From Mobula hypostoma (Eukaryota), in contig NC_086109.1 in assembly GCF_963921235.1 (NCBI RefSeq), positions 1,862,001 through 1,926,000 of the forward strand: a stretch of DNA of 64,000 bases. Reading direction: 5' to 3'. Shown in pieces: positions 22,766 to 37,025 of the stretch. Numbering within the stretch: the stretch's first letter is position 1; each line of letters begins with the position of its first letter. Under the pieces are notes generated by a model that was not told the DNA's origin, searched no databases, and saw nothing but the letters and a program-made list of their open reading frames with translations. Both the position numbers and the translations under genes were made by a program.

Positions 22766-25043
22766 CATAGAAACATAGAAACATATAAAATAGGTGCAGG
22801 AGTAGGCCATTCGGCCCTTCGAGCCTGCACCGCCATTTATTATGATCATGGCTGATCATCCAACTCAGAACCCTGCACCAGCCTTCCCTCCATACCCCCT
22901 GACCCCCGTAGCCACAAGGGCCATTTCTAACTCCATCTTAAACATAGCCAATGAACTGGCCTCAACTGTTTCCTGTGGCAGAGAATTCCACAGATTCACC
23001 ACTCTCTGTGTGAAGAAGTTTTTCCTAATCTCGGTCCTAAAAGGCTTCGCCTTTATCCTCAAACTGTGACCCCTCGTTCTGGACTTCCCCAACATCGGGA
23101 ACAATCTTCCTGCATCTAGCCTGTCCAATCCCTTTAGGATTTTATACGTTTCAATCAGATCCCCCCTCAATCTTCTAAATTCCAACGAGTACAAGCCTAG
23201 TTCATCCAGTCTTTCTTCATATGAAAGTCCTGCCATCCCAGGAATCAATCTGGTGAACCTTCTTTGTACTCCCTCTATGGCAAGGATGTCTTTCCTCAGA
23301 TTAGGGGACCAAAACTGCACACAATACTCCAGGTGTTGTCTCACCAAGGCCTTGTACAACTGCAGTAGTACCTCCCTGGTCCTGTACTCGAATCCTCTTG
23401 CTATAAATGCCAGCATACCATTCGCCCTTTTCACCACCTGCTGTACCTGCATGCCCACTTTCAATGGCTGGTGTATAATGACACCCAGATCTCATTGCAC
23501 CTCCCCTTTTCCTAATCGGCCACCAGTCAGATAATAATCTGTTTTCCTATATTTGCCACCAAAGTGGATAACTTCACATTTATCCACATTAAATTGCATC
23601 TGTCAGGAATTTGCCCACTCACCCAACCTATCCAAGTCACCCTGCATCCTCTTAGCATCCTCCTTACAGCTAACACTGCCGCCCAGCTTCGTGTCATCCA
23701 CAAACTTGGAGATGCTGCATTTAATTCCCTCATACAAGTCATTAATATATATTGTAAACAACTGGGGTCCCAGCACTGAGCCTTGCGGTACCCCACTAGT
23801 CACTGCCTGCCATTCTGAAAAGGTCCCATTTATTCCCACTCTTTGCTTCCTGTCTGCTAACCAATTCTCTATCCACATCAATACCTTACCCCCAATACCG
23901 TGTGCTTTAAGTTTGCACGCTAATCTCCTGTGTGGGACCTTGTCAAAAGCCTTTTGAAAATCCAAATATACCACATCCACTGGTTCTCCCCTATCCACTC
24001 TACTAGTTACATCCTCAAAAAATTCTATGAGATTCGTCAGACCTGATTTTCCTTTCACAAATCCATGCTGACTTTGCCCGATGATTTCACCACTTTCCAA
24101 ATGTGCTGTTATCACATCTTTGATAACTGACTCCAGCAGTTTCCCCACCACCGACGTTAGGCTAATCGGTCTATAATTCCCCGGTTTCTCTCTCCCTCCT
24201 TTTTTAAAAAGCGGGGTTACATTAGTCACCCTTCAATCCTCAGGAACTAGTCCAGAATCTAATGAGTTTTGAAAAATTATCACTAATGCATCCACTATTT
24301 CTTGGGCTACTTCCTTAAGCACTCCAGGCTACAGACCATCTGGCCCTGGGGATTTATCTGCCTTTAATCCCTTCAATTTACCTCACACCACTTCCCTACT
24401 AACATGTATTTCCCTCAATTCCTCCATCTCACTAGACCCTCTGTCCCCTACTATTTCCAGAAGATTATTTATGTCCTCCTTGGTGAAGGCAGAACCAAAG
24501 TAGTTATTCAATTGGTCTACCATGTCCTTGTTCCCCATAATCATAATTATATCCCCATATAAAAGCTTTTACAGTCAGTTTTTATGTTTGCTGCCAGTTA
24601 TCTCTCATAATCTTTTTTCCCTTTCCTAATTAAGCCCTTTGTCCTCCTCTGCTGGACTCGGAATTTCTCCCAGTCCTCAGGTGAGCCACTTTCTCTGGCT
24701 AATTTGTATGCTTCTTCTTTGGAGTTGATACTGTCCCTAATTTCCCTTGTCAGCCACGGGTACACTACCTTCCCTGATTTATTCTTTTGCCAAACTGGGA
24801 TGAACAATTGTTGTAGTTCATACATGTGATCTTTAAATGCTTGCCATTGCATATCCACCGTCAGCCCTTTAAGTATCATTTGCCAGTCTAACTTAGCTAA
24901 TTCACGTCTCATACCTTCGAAGTTACCCTTCTTTATGTTCAGAACCTTTGTTTCTGAATTAACTATGTCACTCTCCATCTTAATGAAGAATTCCACCATA
25001 TTATGGTCACTCTTACCCAAGGGGCCTCTCAGGACAAGATTGC
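22766..25043 (-). mobile_element. 5'-truncated CR1, same young subfamily as 11450-15688
   Basis: Near-identical peptides (RGFEYR.REVLLQLYKALVR...LPQETVEASSLAMFK) and 3' UTR. Confidence 0.95.
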
Positions 25044-25044
25044 A

Positions 25045-26785
25045 GTTGAGACGATGTCAGCGGGGAATCCGTGGAAGTGGAAGACGTGGCGGACAAGATC
25101 TGCGGTTTCTTGAGAGGAAGGGAGTTTAGGGAGGACCACAAACTGCACCACCTTGGAGAATCAGTCTACCACAGTGAGTACGGTGGTGTTTCCATGTGAA
25201 GGGGGTAGGCCGGTGACGAAGTCTAGGGCGATGTGTGACCAGGGCAACCAGGGACAGGTAGAGGACGAAGTGAACCCGCAGGTGGCCGTTGACAAGCTTT
25301 TCCCCGGGCATAGATGGAAAATGCCGAGACATAGGAACGAGTACCCGACTCCGTGGAAGGCCACCAAAAATGTTTTTTTTTCAGGAGCGCTAGGGTCCGA
25401 TCACTCCCCGGGTGGCAGGCGAACGGAGATGTGTGCCCCATTGGAGAACCTGAGACCTGACGGAAATGGCCACATACAGGCAATCGCCGGGTCCATTGCC
25501 GGGGTCGGGGTCGTCCCGTTGGGCTTCCTTTACTTTAGCCTCGATCTCCCAGGTGAGGGTGTCAACCACGCAGGATGGTGGGAGGATAGTCCCTGGGCTG
25601 GAACTGTTCCCCTTGGAGTCGTATTGGCGGGAGAGCGCGTCCGCCTTCCCGTTCTTGGACCCTGGATGGTATGTGAAGGAAAACTTGAACCGTCGAAAAA
25701 TTAATGCCCAACGGGCCTGGCGGGAGTTCAAACGTTTGGCGGTCTGAATATACCCCAGGTTTTTATGATCAGTCCACACCACAAGCGGTTGTTCTGCCCC
25801 CTCCAGCCAGTATCTCCATTCTTTCAATGGAAGTTTCACCGCCAGGTAATCCGATTCCCCACGTCGTAATTCCGCTCGGCGGGGGACAGTCGGCGAGAAT
25901 AGAAGGCGCAGGGGTGAAGCTTTTCGCCCGAACTTGATCGTTAGGACAGGACTGCTCCTTCCCTGGCGTCAGAGGCGTCCAGCTCAACGATAAATTGACG
26001 GGCTAGGTCCAGATGGACCAGAATGGGAGCGGTGGTGAAATGCCTGTTCAGGACGGTGAACGCCGAGTCAGCCTCGGAGTCCGAACAGAAGTGGGTAGTA
26101 GGCGAGGTAAGCCGGGTAAGGGTGGCCGCCACTCGACTGTGGTCTGGTTAATCGACGGTAGAAGTTTGCAAACCCCAAGAATCGTTGATGTGGTTTGCGG
26201 TTCGTGGGCCTAGGCCATTCTTCCACTGCCCGGATCTTCTCGGGGTCTGCTCTCACCTGCCCGCTCTCAATGATATAAACCAAGAAGCTGACCGAAGGAA
26301 TGTGGAACTCACATTGCTCCGCCTTCACAAATAACTGGCTTTCCCACAGTCTCGGGAGAACTTGACGGACCTGGTGAACGTGTTCTTGGGGGTGCTAGAA
26401 AATATCAGGTTATCATCGAGCTAAACGAATATGAACCGATTAATAAAGTCCCTCAGTACGTCATTGATTAGGGCTTGGAAGACGGCGGGAGCATTGGTGA
26501 GGCCAAAGGGCATGGCCAAATATTCGAAGTGTCCCAGAGGTGTAATAAAGGCCGTCTTCCACTCGTCCCCTCCCCAACTGCCATCCTGACTAGATGGTAG
26601 GCGTTACAAAGGTCCAGCTTTAAGAAGATGGTGGCTCCATGCAGTAGTTGAAAAGTCGAACTAATGAGGGGTAGAGGGTACGTACTCTTAACTATTATAC
26701 TGTTTAGGCCTCTGTAATCAGTACAAGAACGAAGCGACCCGTCCTACTTTTCTATAAAGAAGAAACTGGCGCATACCGGGGAATA
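25045..26785 (-). mobile_element. Gypsy (sushi-like) pol fragment, RT-RNaseH-integrase order
   Basis: [51 protein letters not shown]. Confidence 0.92.
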
Positions 26786-29700
26786 ACATCACATAGCCAT
26801 TGAGCATGTCGGGGGGGGGGGGGGTGGAGTGGGTAACCTCCTTCCATTTAAGCAAGATCACCCTCCTAGCCATAAGGGAAATAAAGGCCAGTACCCGCAA
26901 ATGAGAAGGCTCCAAAATTATATCTCTTTCCTCAACAATACCAAATAAGGCAGTCAGAGGATTGGGCTTAAAATTAACCTGAAAAAGTACAGAAAAAGTT
27001 TAGAATACATCTTCCCAATATTTTTCAAGGCTCGAACATGATCAAAACATATAAATTAATGCAGCCTCTCCATTATTACACCTGTCACAATTAGGAGATA
27101 TATCTGTAAGAAAAAGCGAGAGTTTAGGCATACGAGCCCGATGTACCACTTTAAATTGTAGGAGGGAATGACGAGCACCTAATGATGAAGAATTAACCAT
27201 TTTGAAAATAGCCCTCCAGGTTTCATCAGATAATGAAGTCTATAAATCCTTTTCCCAATCTTTTTTAAAAATTTTTTTTGTCTAAAGTAGCCATTCTCAG
27301 TCCCAACAACAGAGCATAAAAATAAGGTATTGAGCCATTATCAATAGGTTACAAATTAAAAATTACATCAATTATGTTTTTATCCAGACTGGTAGGAAAT
27401 GTATGTAATTTAGATATTAAAATATATCTAATCTGTAAATATCGAAAAACATTGGTATTTGATAGGCTATATTTCACTGGGAGCTGCTCAAAAGAAGAAA
27501 GATGCCCTCCCACAGACAGATCCTGAAATCGTTTAATGCTTAATCTGTCCCATTCTCTAAAAAACTGATCAGTCGTAGATGGTTTTTTAAAAAAAAACTA
27601 GAAAAAATAGGACTAGAAAGGAAAAATCTCAATAAACCGAAATGTTTTCTCAATTGTAGCCAGATCCTCAAAGTGTGTTTAACCACCAAGCAGTCAGTTA
27701 ATTTATTTAAAAATAAAGGAAGAGAGGATACAAGAAGAGAAATAATAGAGAATTTCATAACAGAGTTGGCTTCCAAAAAGACCCATATTGGACAGTCCTC
27801 ACGGTTAATGTAATATAACAAGAAGGTAAAATTTCGCATGTTAATTGCCCAATAATATAATCTAAAAATGGGTAAAGCAAGGCCTCCATTCTTTTTTACT
27901 TTTTTGAAGGTGAGCTTTGCTGAATAGAGGCTTCCTGTTCTTCCATATATAGGAAGAAAGAATCGAATCTAAAAAATCAGAAAAAGACTTAGGAATAAAA
28001 ACAGATACGGCTTGAAAAAGGTACATAAATGTAGGTAAAATATTCATTTTAATAAAATTAATTCGACCAATCAATGATAGAGAGAGAGGCAACCAATTAG
28101 AAACTGTCCTTTTCACATAATTCATCAAGGTTAGAAAATTTTCTTTGAATAAATCTTTATAATTCTTAGTGATTGTTACACCCAAGTATGTAAATTGTTT
28201 TCTTACAATTTTATAGGAAGGTTCATATTGTTTGGTATTAAATAATTTAAAGGAAACTATTCACTCTTATATACGTTCAATTTATATCCTGAAAACCGAC
28301 GAAAATTATTCAGTAAAAGAAACATAGAAGGTAAATAAGTTGTAACATTAGATACAAGAAGCAGTAAGTCATCAGCATAAATCCAGTCTTTATGAATAGT
28401 ACCTTTCCTTAAGATACCGGTGATATCTTTAGATTCTCGAAAGGCAATTGCGAAAGGTTCTAATACCAAATCGAAAAGCAAAGGGCTCAACGGACATCCT
28501 TGTCTGGTTCCACGTTGGAATTTAATTGGTTTTGAATTCTGAAAGTTAGTAAGGACCTGAGCAGAGGGAGATAGGTAAAGTAATTTAATCCATTGAATAA
28601 AATTGGGCCCAAAATTAAGTTTTTCTAAGACATTAAATAGGTAATTCCATTGGACTCAATCAAAAGCCTTCTCCGCATCCAGAGAAATCACATGTTCCGA
28701 TATTTCCTCGGATGGAGAATGCATAACATTTAACAGTTGCCATATATTAAAATCGGAATGTTGATTTTTAATAAATCCTGTCTGATCATCAGATATAATG
28801 GAAGGTATATTTCTTTCAAGTCGACCGGCCAAAACTTTAGATAGGATCTTAGTATCAACATTACGTAAATAGATTGGTCTATATGAAGAGCATTCAGTGG
28901 CATTCTTATTCTTTTTGAGATTAACCGAAATGGAAGCTTCATAACAAGGTTGTGGCAATCTACCCACCTTGAAGGACTCTGTAAGGGTAGAACATATATA
29001 AGGTATAAGCAATGAAGAAAAAGCCTTATAGAATTCTCCAGAAAATCCGTCAGGTCCTGGAGATTTCCCAGAATGCAATGAACGTATAGCCTCAGTGATT
29101 TCCTCCTGAGAAATAAGTTGATCCAACTGCTTTCAATTATCAACCGAAAGTACAGGAATATTTAACTGGTCTAAAATAATGTTCACTGCAGTATCATCAT
29201 TAACAGAATCAGATCTATACAGTTTAGAATGAAATTCTCTAGAAGTGTCATTTATTTCAAAATGCTTTGTTATATCCCTTGGTTTTGCGAATTTCTTTAA
29301 TTTGCCATTTAGATATAAAGGTCTTCAATTGATTAGCCAATAGTTTACCAGTTTTTTCTCCATGTATATAAAATTGGCTTGTACCTTTTAAAAGTTGGCT
29401 TTCAATTGGATACGTTATTAGAAGATCATATTTAGTTTTAATTTCGATACACCTTTTGTATAGTTCAGAATCTGGTGGCAAAGCATATTTCTGGTCCAAT
29501 TGTTTTCATTGATTAACTAAATCAGTTCTCTCTTTATTAGCTTTTTTTCATAATACATGCAGTATAAGAAGTAATTTGTCCTGCATTATACGCCTTAAAA
29601 GTGTCCCAAATAATAAGACTAGAAGTCTGTTCCAGCGCGTTTTCTTCAAAAAAAAGAATAATTTGATTCTCCAGAAATTTTAGATAGTCCTTATCAGATA

Positions 29701-31840
29701 ACAAAGTTAAATCAAAACGCCAGGATCTGTTAATATGAGTAGACCAGCAAGATTTAAAGATAGAAATACAGGAGAATGGTCAGATACAGTTATTTCTTTA
29801 GATTCAATAGATCGAACTAATGGAATCATCTGACTATCAATAAAAAATAATCAATGCTGGTATAGAAATGACGGACATGAGAGAAGAATGAATACTCTCT
29901 TTCTGCTGATGAAAAAACACGCCAATCATCAACAATATCACATTTCGTTAGAAAGGATTGGATGAATAAAGCTGATTTATTAGGCGTGGGTAATTTAAGA
30001 GAAGAACGATCTAATACTGGGTCTAGACAACAATTAAAATCTCCTCCCATTACTAAAGAGTAAAGACTCAAATCTGGCAGGAATGAAAAGAAACGCTCAA
30101 AAAATCTTAGGACATCCACGTTGGGGGCATACACATTAGCAAATACAATTAATTTATTATCTCATTTCCCTGACACTGTAACAAATTGTCCATTAGTGTC
30201 AGAGACAACTTTATGTTGAACAAAAGAAATTGCATTGTCTATAAAAATCAAGACCCCTCGAGATTCTGCTCTGAGTGAGAATGAAATTGAATATCCTTTC
30301 ACTGATTAAAAAGGCATATGTTATCACAAATACGTACATGTGTTTCCTGTAGAAAGATAATGGGGGCCCTGAACTTTTTAATATCAGCAAAACTCTTATT
30401 CCGTTTCACAGGATGATTTAACCCTTTCACATTAAAACTAAGTAAATTAATATGTCGATCCATTTTAAATACTAATTAACAGAAAAATCAGAAGATCTGA
30501 CCATAGATTATTAAAACCAGAGAACGAACCATAAAATAAAGTACTGAAAGAGAAGCTGTTGCTCGTAGCCCAACCCAGTTTCTAGAGAAAAAGGAAAAAT
30601 GAGACCCCCACCCCCCTCCCCCTCCCAAAGCCAACGAGCCGGCCAAAGAGCAGTCTTCGTGCTAAATCCTAAAGACAACCCCTTCAAAAAATCCTGCTGG
30701 CTAAACTCCAATCATTCAAGGTTATTATGTTCCTACTAAGACTAAACAGACAAAAAAAAGCTTAGATCAGAAATCCAAAACTTAAGAAGATTCATTTTAA
30801 CAATTTCAAAAAAATATTTGTATAAAAAACCTCAAAGATAGAATAAAGTAATAAAAAATATCAAAGAGAATATCAAAAAACAAGATATATAAATGGTCAG
30901 AATGTAATTTTGTTAAAACCTTATTCTATCCAACATTAAAGAGATACTTACTCTTGTAAGAGATATAACACAGTTAATCTTCCGTTTTCAAAAACGCCTT
31001 TGCGTGTTCAACCGATCCCAGCCATTTCTGCAGACCATTTTTCTAAACGATTCTAAGACGTGCAGAGAAGTGAAGGGAGGTTCAAGCCCTTTATTATAAA
31101 GCGACGACAAGACCTCTTTATACTTAGCACGTTCAACCATAACTTCACCTGTATAATCTTCCAAGAATCTTATCTTGTTCCCTTTATAATCGATCATTCC
31201 TACTCGACACCTTAGTATGAAATTCATGGAAACATACAATAACTGACCTCGGACGCTCTCCCGACTTTGATTTGGGGGCCAGCGATCGGTGGGCACGGTC
31301 CAACTTAGGCATAGACGGTAATAAATCAGGAAATAATTGCTTCATAAAGCTTGCAAAGAACTCCGTGGGGTGGGCACCTTTAACTGGTTCTTCAAATCCA
31401 GAATACGTAGGTTTTTCCTTCTGCTTTTACTTTCCAGGTTGGCAATCTTCTTTGTTAATTGTTCGTTAGATAATGATAATTTTTTGCAGAGCTTTGTCAT
31501 GTCTTCTAGGTTCATTTCCAGTGCCGACGAAGTTTCTTTATTCTCCTTAATTCGCTTTTCATGTTCGATTAGAGTTTGTTGAATACTGTCCAGCTTAAAA
31601 TTAAGATGTTAAAATTCCTCAGAGCGTTCTGCTCTTTGCTTTTTAAGGAAGTCTCCAACTGGTTCCAAAGTAGTTAGAGAACCATCTTCTTTTTCTTTTG
31701 CAGAGGCTTTAGTCTTTCTCCCAGACATAATAGAGCAATATTGAGATTTATAATAAGGTTTAAAAAACCTGGTAGGAAACAAACAGATAGATAAGGTAGG
31801 AGCAAGTTCAAAAAGATGTTACTTCATTGGCTGCCAGCAG
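26786..31840 (-). mobile_element. Degraded near full-length L1-clade LINE (ORF1 from 31728, ORF2 from 30463)
   Basis: MDRHINLLSFNVKGLN, YAPN, GGDFN, GKSPGPDGF, SLDAEKAFD, GTRQGCPLSP, YADDLLL; ORF1 has an IRFLEDYT-type L1 ORF1 C-terminus. Confidence 0.93.
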
Positions 31841-32498
31841 TGCTCTACAAAATATGTTTTGTTTGAATCACCAATTGAACTTCGTTAGGATGTGGCTTGT
31901 CAAATGGATCCCACTAAATCTGTGGTGGTGTTGACATTCTCAGAAGCCTTTTACGTGATATTGGTCAACATCCAGGAGCTCGTAGAAATGGTAGCAATGT
32001 AACGACGTGAATTGAGATTTGGTTATTCGAATGAACGAAAAGAGGTGGGCTAAATGAACCTGCCTCATGTCGGGGCCTTTTGCCAGCAAACACTACTGGG
32101 CCTCAAAAACTCGTGGTCTATGACTTTGACAATGAAATCCAAATGTCTTAGATTCTACTTTACTGAAGGAAGTAAAATATGTCGGATTGTGAGGGCAGAG
32201 AAGAGCGTATAAAGAGTTGTGGAGGGGGAATTTGGAAACACAAATTTGGAGACAACCAACAATAGAAAATAGCATGGAACACTTATTGCTAACGAAGAGA
32301 ATGAGTATAGTTGAACCGGAGAAGCATCAAAGTCTATTAAGAGAAAATTCACCGTAGGCCAACATGCATGTCCAAATAGAGGACAATTCAGAACAAAGAA
32401 ACACAGTTTAATGAACATTTTGATAACACACGTTCCTCTTTTATTGTATGCAAATTTGAATGCACGAACACGATTAAATAAATCTTAATGCTATAGCG

Positions 32499-33260
32499 CA
32501 GGGCTCCTCAACCTTTTTTACACTGTGGACCGGTTTAATATTGACAATATTCTTGCAAACCGGCCGACCGGGGCTGGGGGGGGGGGCGGGGAGGGTGTTC
32601 AAGTGGGGATAAACTCACCTCAACATGTCTTTTACAGTTAGGGTTGCCAACTTTATCACTCCCAAATAAGGGACAAAAGTAGCAGTCAAATCCCGGGACA
32701 CTTTACCCCTGAAAGACTACCATGACCATGAAGCCTTGCGTGTGATATGCGCATGCGCGTACATGCCGACTTTTTCCCTCCCACAAATCGGTTTTGCTTT
32801 CATCTTCCCGACTATACTGTAAATATATTATTTCTACTTTTTATAAGCTGTGTATTTATCACATCATTCTTCCTTTTACTATATGTTAGTGTAATTTATT
32901 TTCGGTTTTATGTGTTATTTGGTATGATTTGTTAGGTTAATTTTTGGGTCTGGGAACGCTCAAAAATTTTCCCATATCAATTAATGGAAATTGCTTCTTC
33001 GCTTTACGCCATTTCGGCACGAAATGTCTCATAGGAACGCTCTGCCTTAGCGGGGGAAATACGGGAGAAGGGCAGTCACATATGGGACAAACCAATTTAG
33101 CCCAATACACGGGATGTCCCGGCAAATAAGGGACAGTTGGCAACCCTATGTTCAAGTTCAACAGTGCGTGACAGGGAATGAGGAAAGGTACAGCTGACTC
33201 ACATCGTTTCCTCTCGGCCCGGTAGCACATGCTTTGCGGCCCGGTGGTTAGGGACCGCTG
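32499..33260. mobile_element. hAT-like non-autonomous element with a second TIR pair inside (32639-33148)
   Basis: Outer TIRs CAGGGCTCCTCAACC / GGTTAGGGACCGCTG; inner TIRs TAGGGTTGCCAACT / AGTTGGCAACCCTA; no clean TSDs. Confidence 0.7.
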
Positions 33261-33749
33261 GTTTCGAGGATGTATATTACAGAGGAGGAGACCCCGACCA
33301 GCGGGCTCAGTCTCAGAATAGAAGGACGTCTATTTAGAATTTCTTTAGCCAGATTGTAGCGAATCTATAGAATTTATTGCAAGAGATGATGTGGAGGCCA
33401 CGTCGTTGGTTATATTTCAAGAGAAAATGAATACTTTCTAGTTTAGTTAAGACACCAGCGTTTATGAATGAGGGTAAAATCGGATTAAGAGGCAGAATAA
33501 CTCAGATATGATCGACTGATGAAGTGATCTTTATGGCCTAATTCTGCTTCTATGTCTCGTGGTCTTATGGTCCAAAAATTCTTTTTGATTTCCATCGGTA
33601 ATACCACACGACGAATTTCCAAGGCTTGATGGACCAAGAAATATTTTGAAAATGGAAGGAAGAATGTAATTTCATAAATTTCTGACCATGACACCTAATC
33701 GTCATGAATGTCCTGTCGTGAGTACAAAAGTTACTCCAATTAATTCAGT

Positions 33750-34959
33750 TGTCATGGTCTGGTCCGTGAAGACCGCATTCCGGTTCACGGTCCAGTTCAT
33801 CGATCTGTATTCCAGATTTTCCAGTTTTCCATTGTTCTGTTGGGTGTTCTAATTGAGGCACATGATTCTCGTCTGGGCAGACACACAAATACCTCTGGAG
33901 ACTAGAGCTTGCTGCTGGATTGTTCCCGTCAAAACCCCCTGTCTGAATCCCTTCTCTGCCCCTTCCTCCTGAAGCCTTGCCCTGCAACGTGTCTCTGAAC
34001 CCTTGCCCTGCAACCTGGGTCTGAAGCCTTGCCCTGCAACCAGTATCTAAAACCTTGCCTGCAAGCTCTGCCTGAAGCCTTGCCTGCAACTTCTGCCTGG
34101 AGCCTTGCCCTGAAGACTTGACTGCAACCTCGCCTGTGTCCTTGCCTGTATCGCTGCCAAGTTTTACCACCGGAGTAAGATCGGAGCCTCACTGTGCCAA
34201 GATAGGGAACTGTCTTTCGTTGTTTGGAACTGTCTCTGTGTCCACGCCTTCGCTAGGTAGGTCTGGCCATTTGCCGCTACCTTGTGTTGGGAATCGTCTC
34301 TGTGGCCACACCTTCGCTAAGTAGTTCTGACCATTTGCCGCTACCTTGTGTTGGGAATCATCTCTGTGGCCACGCCTTCGATAGGTAGGTCAGGCCATTT
34401 GCCGCTATGTAGTGCTGAGAACTGTCTCGTCGTGTTCAGCATTCTGTGTACGAGTCCCGGCCCTACATCCTGTTCCCACGGAGGGGTGCCGGCTCTGTGT
34501 TCCGCGTTCCAGGTCTCTGTCTCGACCAAGGATCTGCGTTCCTGTCTCTCCCTCGACCAAGGCTCTGCATTCCGGGTCTCTGCCTCGACCAAGGCTCTGC
34601 GTTCCTGTCGCTTCCTCGACCAAGGCTCTGCGTTCCTGTCTCTCCCTCGACCAAGGCTCTGCGCTCCTGTCACCCAAGGCCACATCGTGTCTTCAACTAG
34701 TTCCAGAGTCCGAGCCCGAGTCAAGGCCCAGGTTCTGGGTCCTTGTCCAGTCTCTGGCTGGGAGTCCAAGCCCAGGCTCCTAGTTCCCAGTTCCTTATCC
34801 TGGTCCCCCTGTCCCAACCAAGTCCTAGCCCAAGTCTGTGTTCCTGTCCCAGCTCCTAGTCTGCACCCAATCACGTCCCTATCTCTAGTCCAGTTCCTCG
34901 TACTTCAGTATCTGTGTCTTGCATTTGGGTCCGCCCTCTCAACGCCCCCCGTTATAACA
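33750..34959 (+). mobile_element. Solo LTR with internal tandem repeats
   Basis: TGTCATGG...TATAACA flanked by a perfect 5-bp TSD TCAGT; ends resemble the LTR at 20227. Confidence 0.88.
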
Positions 34960-35177
34960 TCAGTAGCGAAGGAATACCGCATGCGGAAAGTTGGACTACT
35001 TGTTGCCACGCAACCTGTTCTCAACTTACAAGCAGAAGGGTGCAGATAGAGGGCATGTAAATTAAACATTCATCATGACAGCAGACAGTAAACAAATAAT
35101 TAGTTTTACAGCCGGTTATTGATACTGTATATGATGAGAACGTCACAAAAGTGATTATTGAGAAAGTGGTTAACAGA

Positions 35178-35245
35178 CATAGTCATAGTCATAGTCATAC
35201 TTTATTGATCCCGGGGGAAATCAATAAAGTATGACTATGACTATG
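35178..35245. repeat. Inverted pair of retroposon 3' tails (hairpin)
   Basis: CATAGTCATAGTCATACTTTATTGAT / ATCAATAAAGTATGACTATGACTATG; the same tail occurs at ~19915-19940. Confidence 0.85.
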
Positions 35246-35499
35246 ATTTAACAATTGAGAACCGACTTGACAGGATGTGGTGAAATAGAGTTGGTATATG
35301 AGTCTATGATATTCTCTTCTAAGAAACAAAAACAATTCATCTTTAGTTCGATCCATATGCTCTTTGCAGCGAGCTCTAAAAGCATGAATAGCATTATCAT
35401 CTCCGAGTGAACTCACCGCCTTTTAGGCGCGCACTGAGAGGGAGAGTAACAGCAGACTTGTAAAATCCGGACAGCACCAGACATCCCTGTGTTTACTGG

Positions 35500-36260
35500 C
35501 TCGGAGGCCGATGTCAGTACATCCTTCAGATGGGTGAACTCATTCAATACTTCAGACACCAGCTGACGAACTGCCTTCAGTGATCAGGCACAGTTTCAGT
35601 TTCACCGTGGTGCTCTGAGGATTTTAGCTGTTTCAAAACCGTAGCATCATTCTCATGCCTAAGGATAACAGGGTGAGATTTCTGAATGACTATCGCCCGG
35701 TAGCGTGCACATTCTCTTCGATGAAGTGCTTTAACAGTTTGTTCCTGGGTAGCATTAACTACTGTCTAAGCAAGCAGCGGATCAGCCGCAATTTCTGCAC
35801 TGCCACAACCCGTTTACCCAAAAGACGATCCCAGTGGAACTCCGCTCTGTTCTGGAGAATATTAAAAAGCAGCAAACAGACGCCAGGCTGCTACTCATCA
35901 ATTACAACTCAGCGATGAACACTAATCACCCCTCAGTATCAATCAGCATCCTTCAAAATCTGGGCTTCTGAACCACTTCCTGCATCTGAACCCTTGAATT
36001 CCTGATACGGAGACCACAGTTATTGCAAACACGCAGAAACGGTTCGTCTCGCTGTTGAACGAGGAGGTGTATTTAAACCATGAAAATCTCTCCACATCAT
36101 ATCTGTATAATTAAGCGCAGGCCAGACACCATCTTTATATTCGCCGATGACAGCACCGCTGGTAGTATAACCTCAGTTAGCCACAAGGATGCATGCAGGA
36201 AGGAGCTAGGTTGGCTAGTGGAGAGGTTTTGCAACAACATCCTTACACTCAAAGTAGAAA
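35500..36260 (+). mobile_element. Rex1/Babar-like RT remnant
   Basis: LNDYRPVA....MKCF and IFADDST motifs. Confidence 0.75.
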
Positions 36261-37025
36261 GTTAATGCTATTATGAAAGTACAGATATGTCACCGCATAA
36301 AAGCCGAGATTCATTTTCTTGTGGGCATTCTCAACAAATCTCTAGAAGTGTAACTATAATGGAATCAGTGAACGGCCGCCAGACCGAAGACAATAAACTG
36401 TGCAAATGCAAAAAGAAGACTCGATAATGTGAGTAAATAAGCAACAAATTTCTAGAGTATGAGATAAAGAGTCCTTGAAAATGAGTCTATTTGTTATGGG
36501 AACATTTCAATGATGGAGTAAGTGAACTTGAGTGAGGTTATCCACTTTGTTCAAAATCCTGATGGCTGAGGGGTAGTTCCTGTTACTAAACCTGGTGGGT
36601 AGAATCCTGAAGCTCTTGTAACATCTGCAAGATTAAGAAATTGGTTGTTCTTTTCATTAAGGGGAAGTCATTAGAACACAGACTGGGAACTTGGCCCTCC
36701 ATACCCTGAGCATCTATAAACCTCGTCAAATTTCTCTTAAACATTGAACTTGGGCTAGCATGCACCGCGTGTTCTGGTAGTTCGTTCCAGCCACTCACGA
36801 CCCTGGTAGTGAAGACGTTTTCCCTCTTTTTCCTCTTAAAACTTCCACCAATCCCCTTTAGCCCGCGAACTCTATTTGTAGTCCCACCTAACCTCGGAGG
36901 AAAATCGCCATTATTTGGCTGGATTAAGTAATTACAGATTTCTTCTGGCTCCTTCTCAGTTTAGATCCAACGCAATTTTAATGACACGAACAAAAAAAAA
37001 AATCTGCAGATGCTAGAACTCCAAG

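Noticed and set aside
33745..35049. Overlapping 140-233 aa ORFs
   Set aside because: They arise from tandem repeats inside a TSD-bounded solo LTR.
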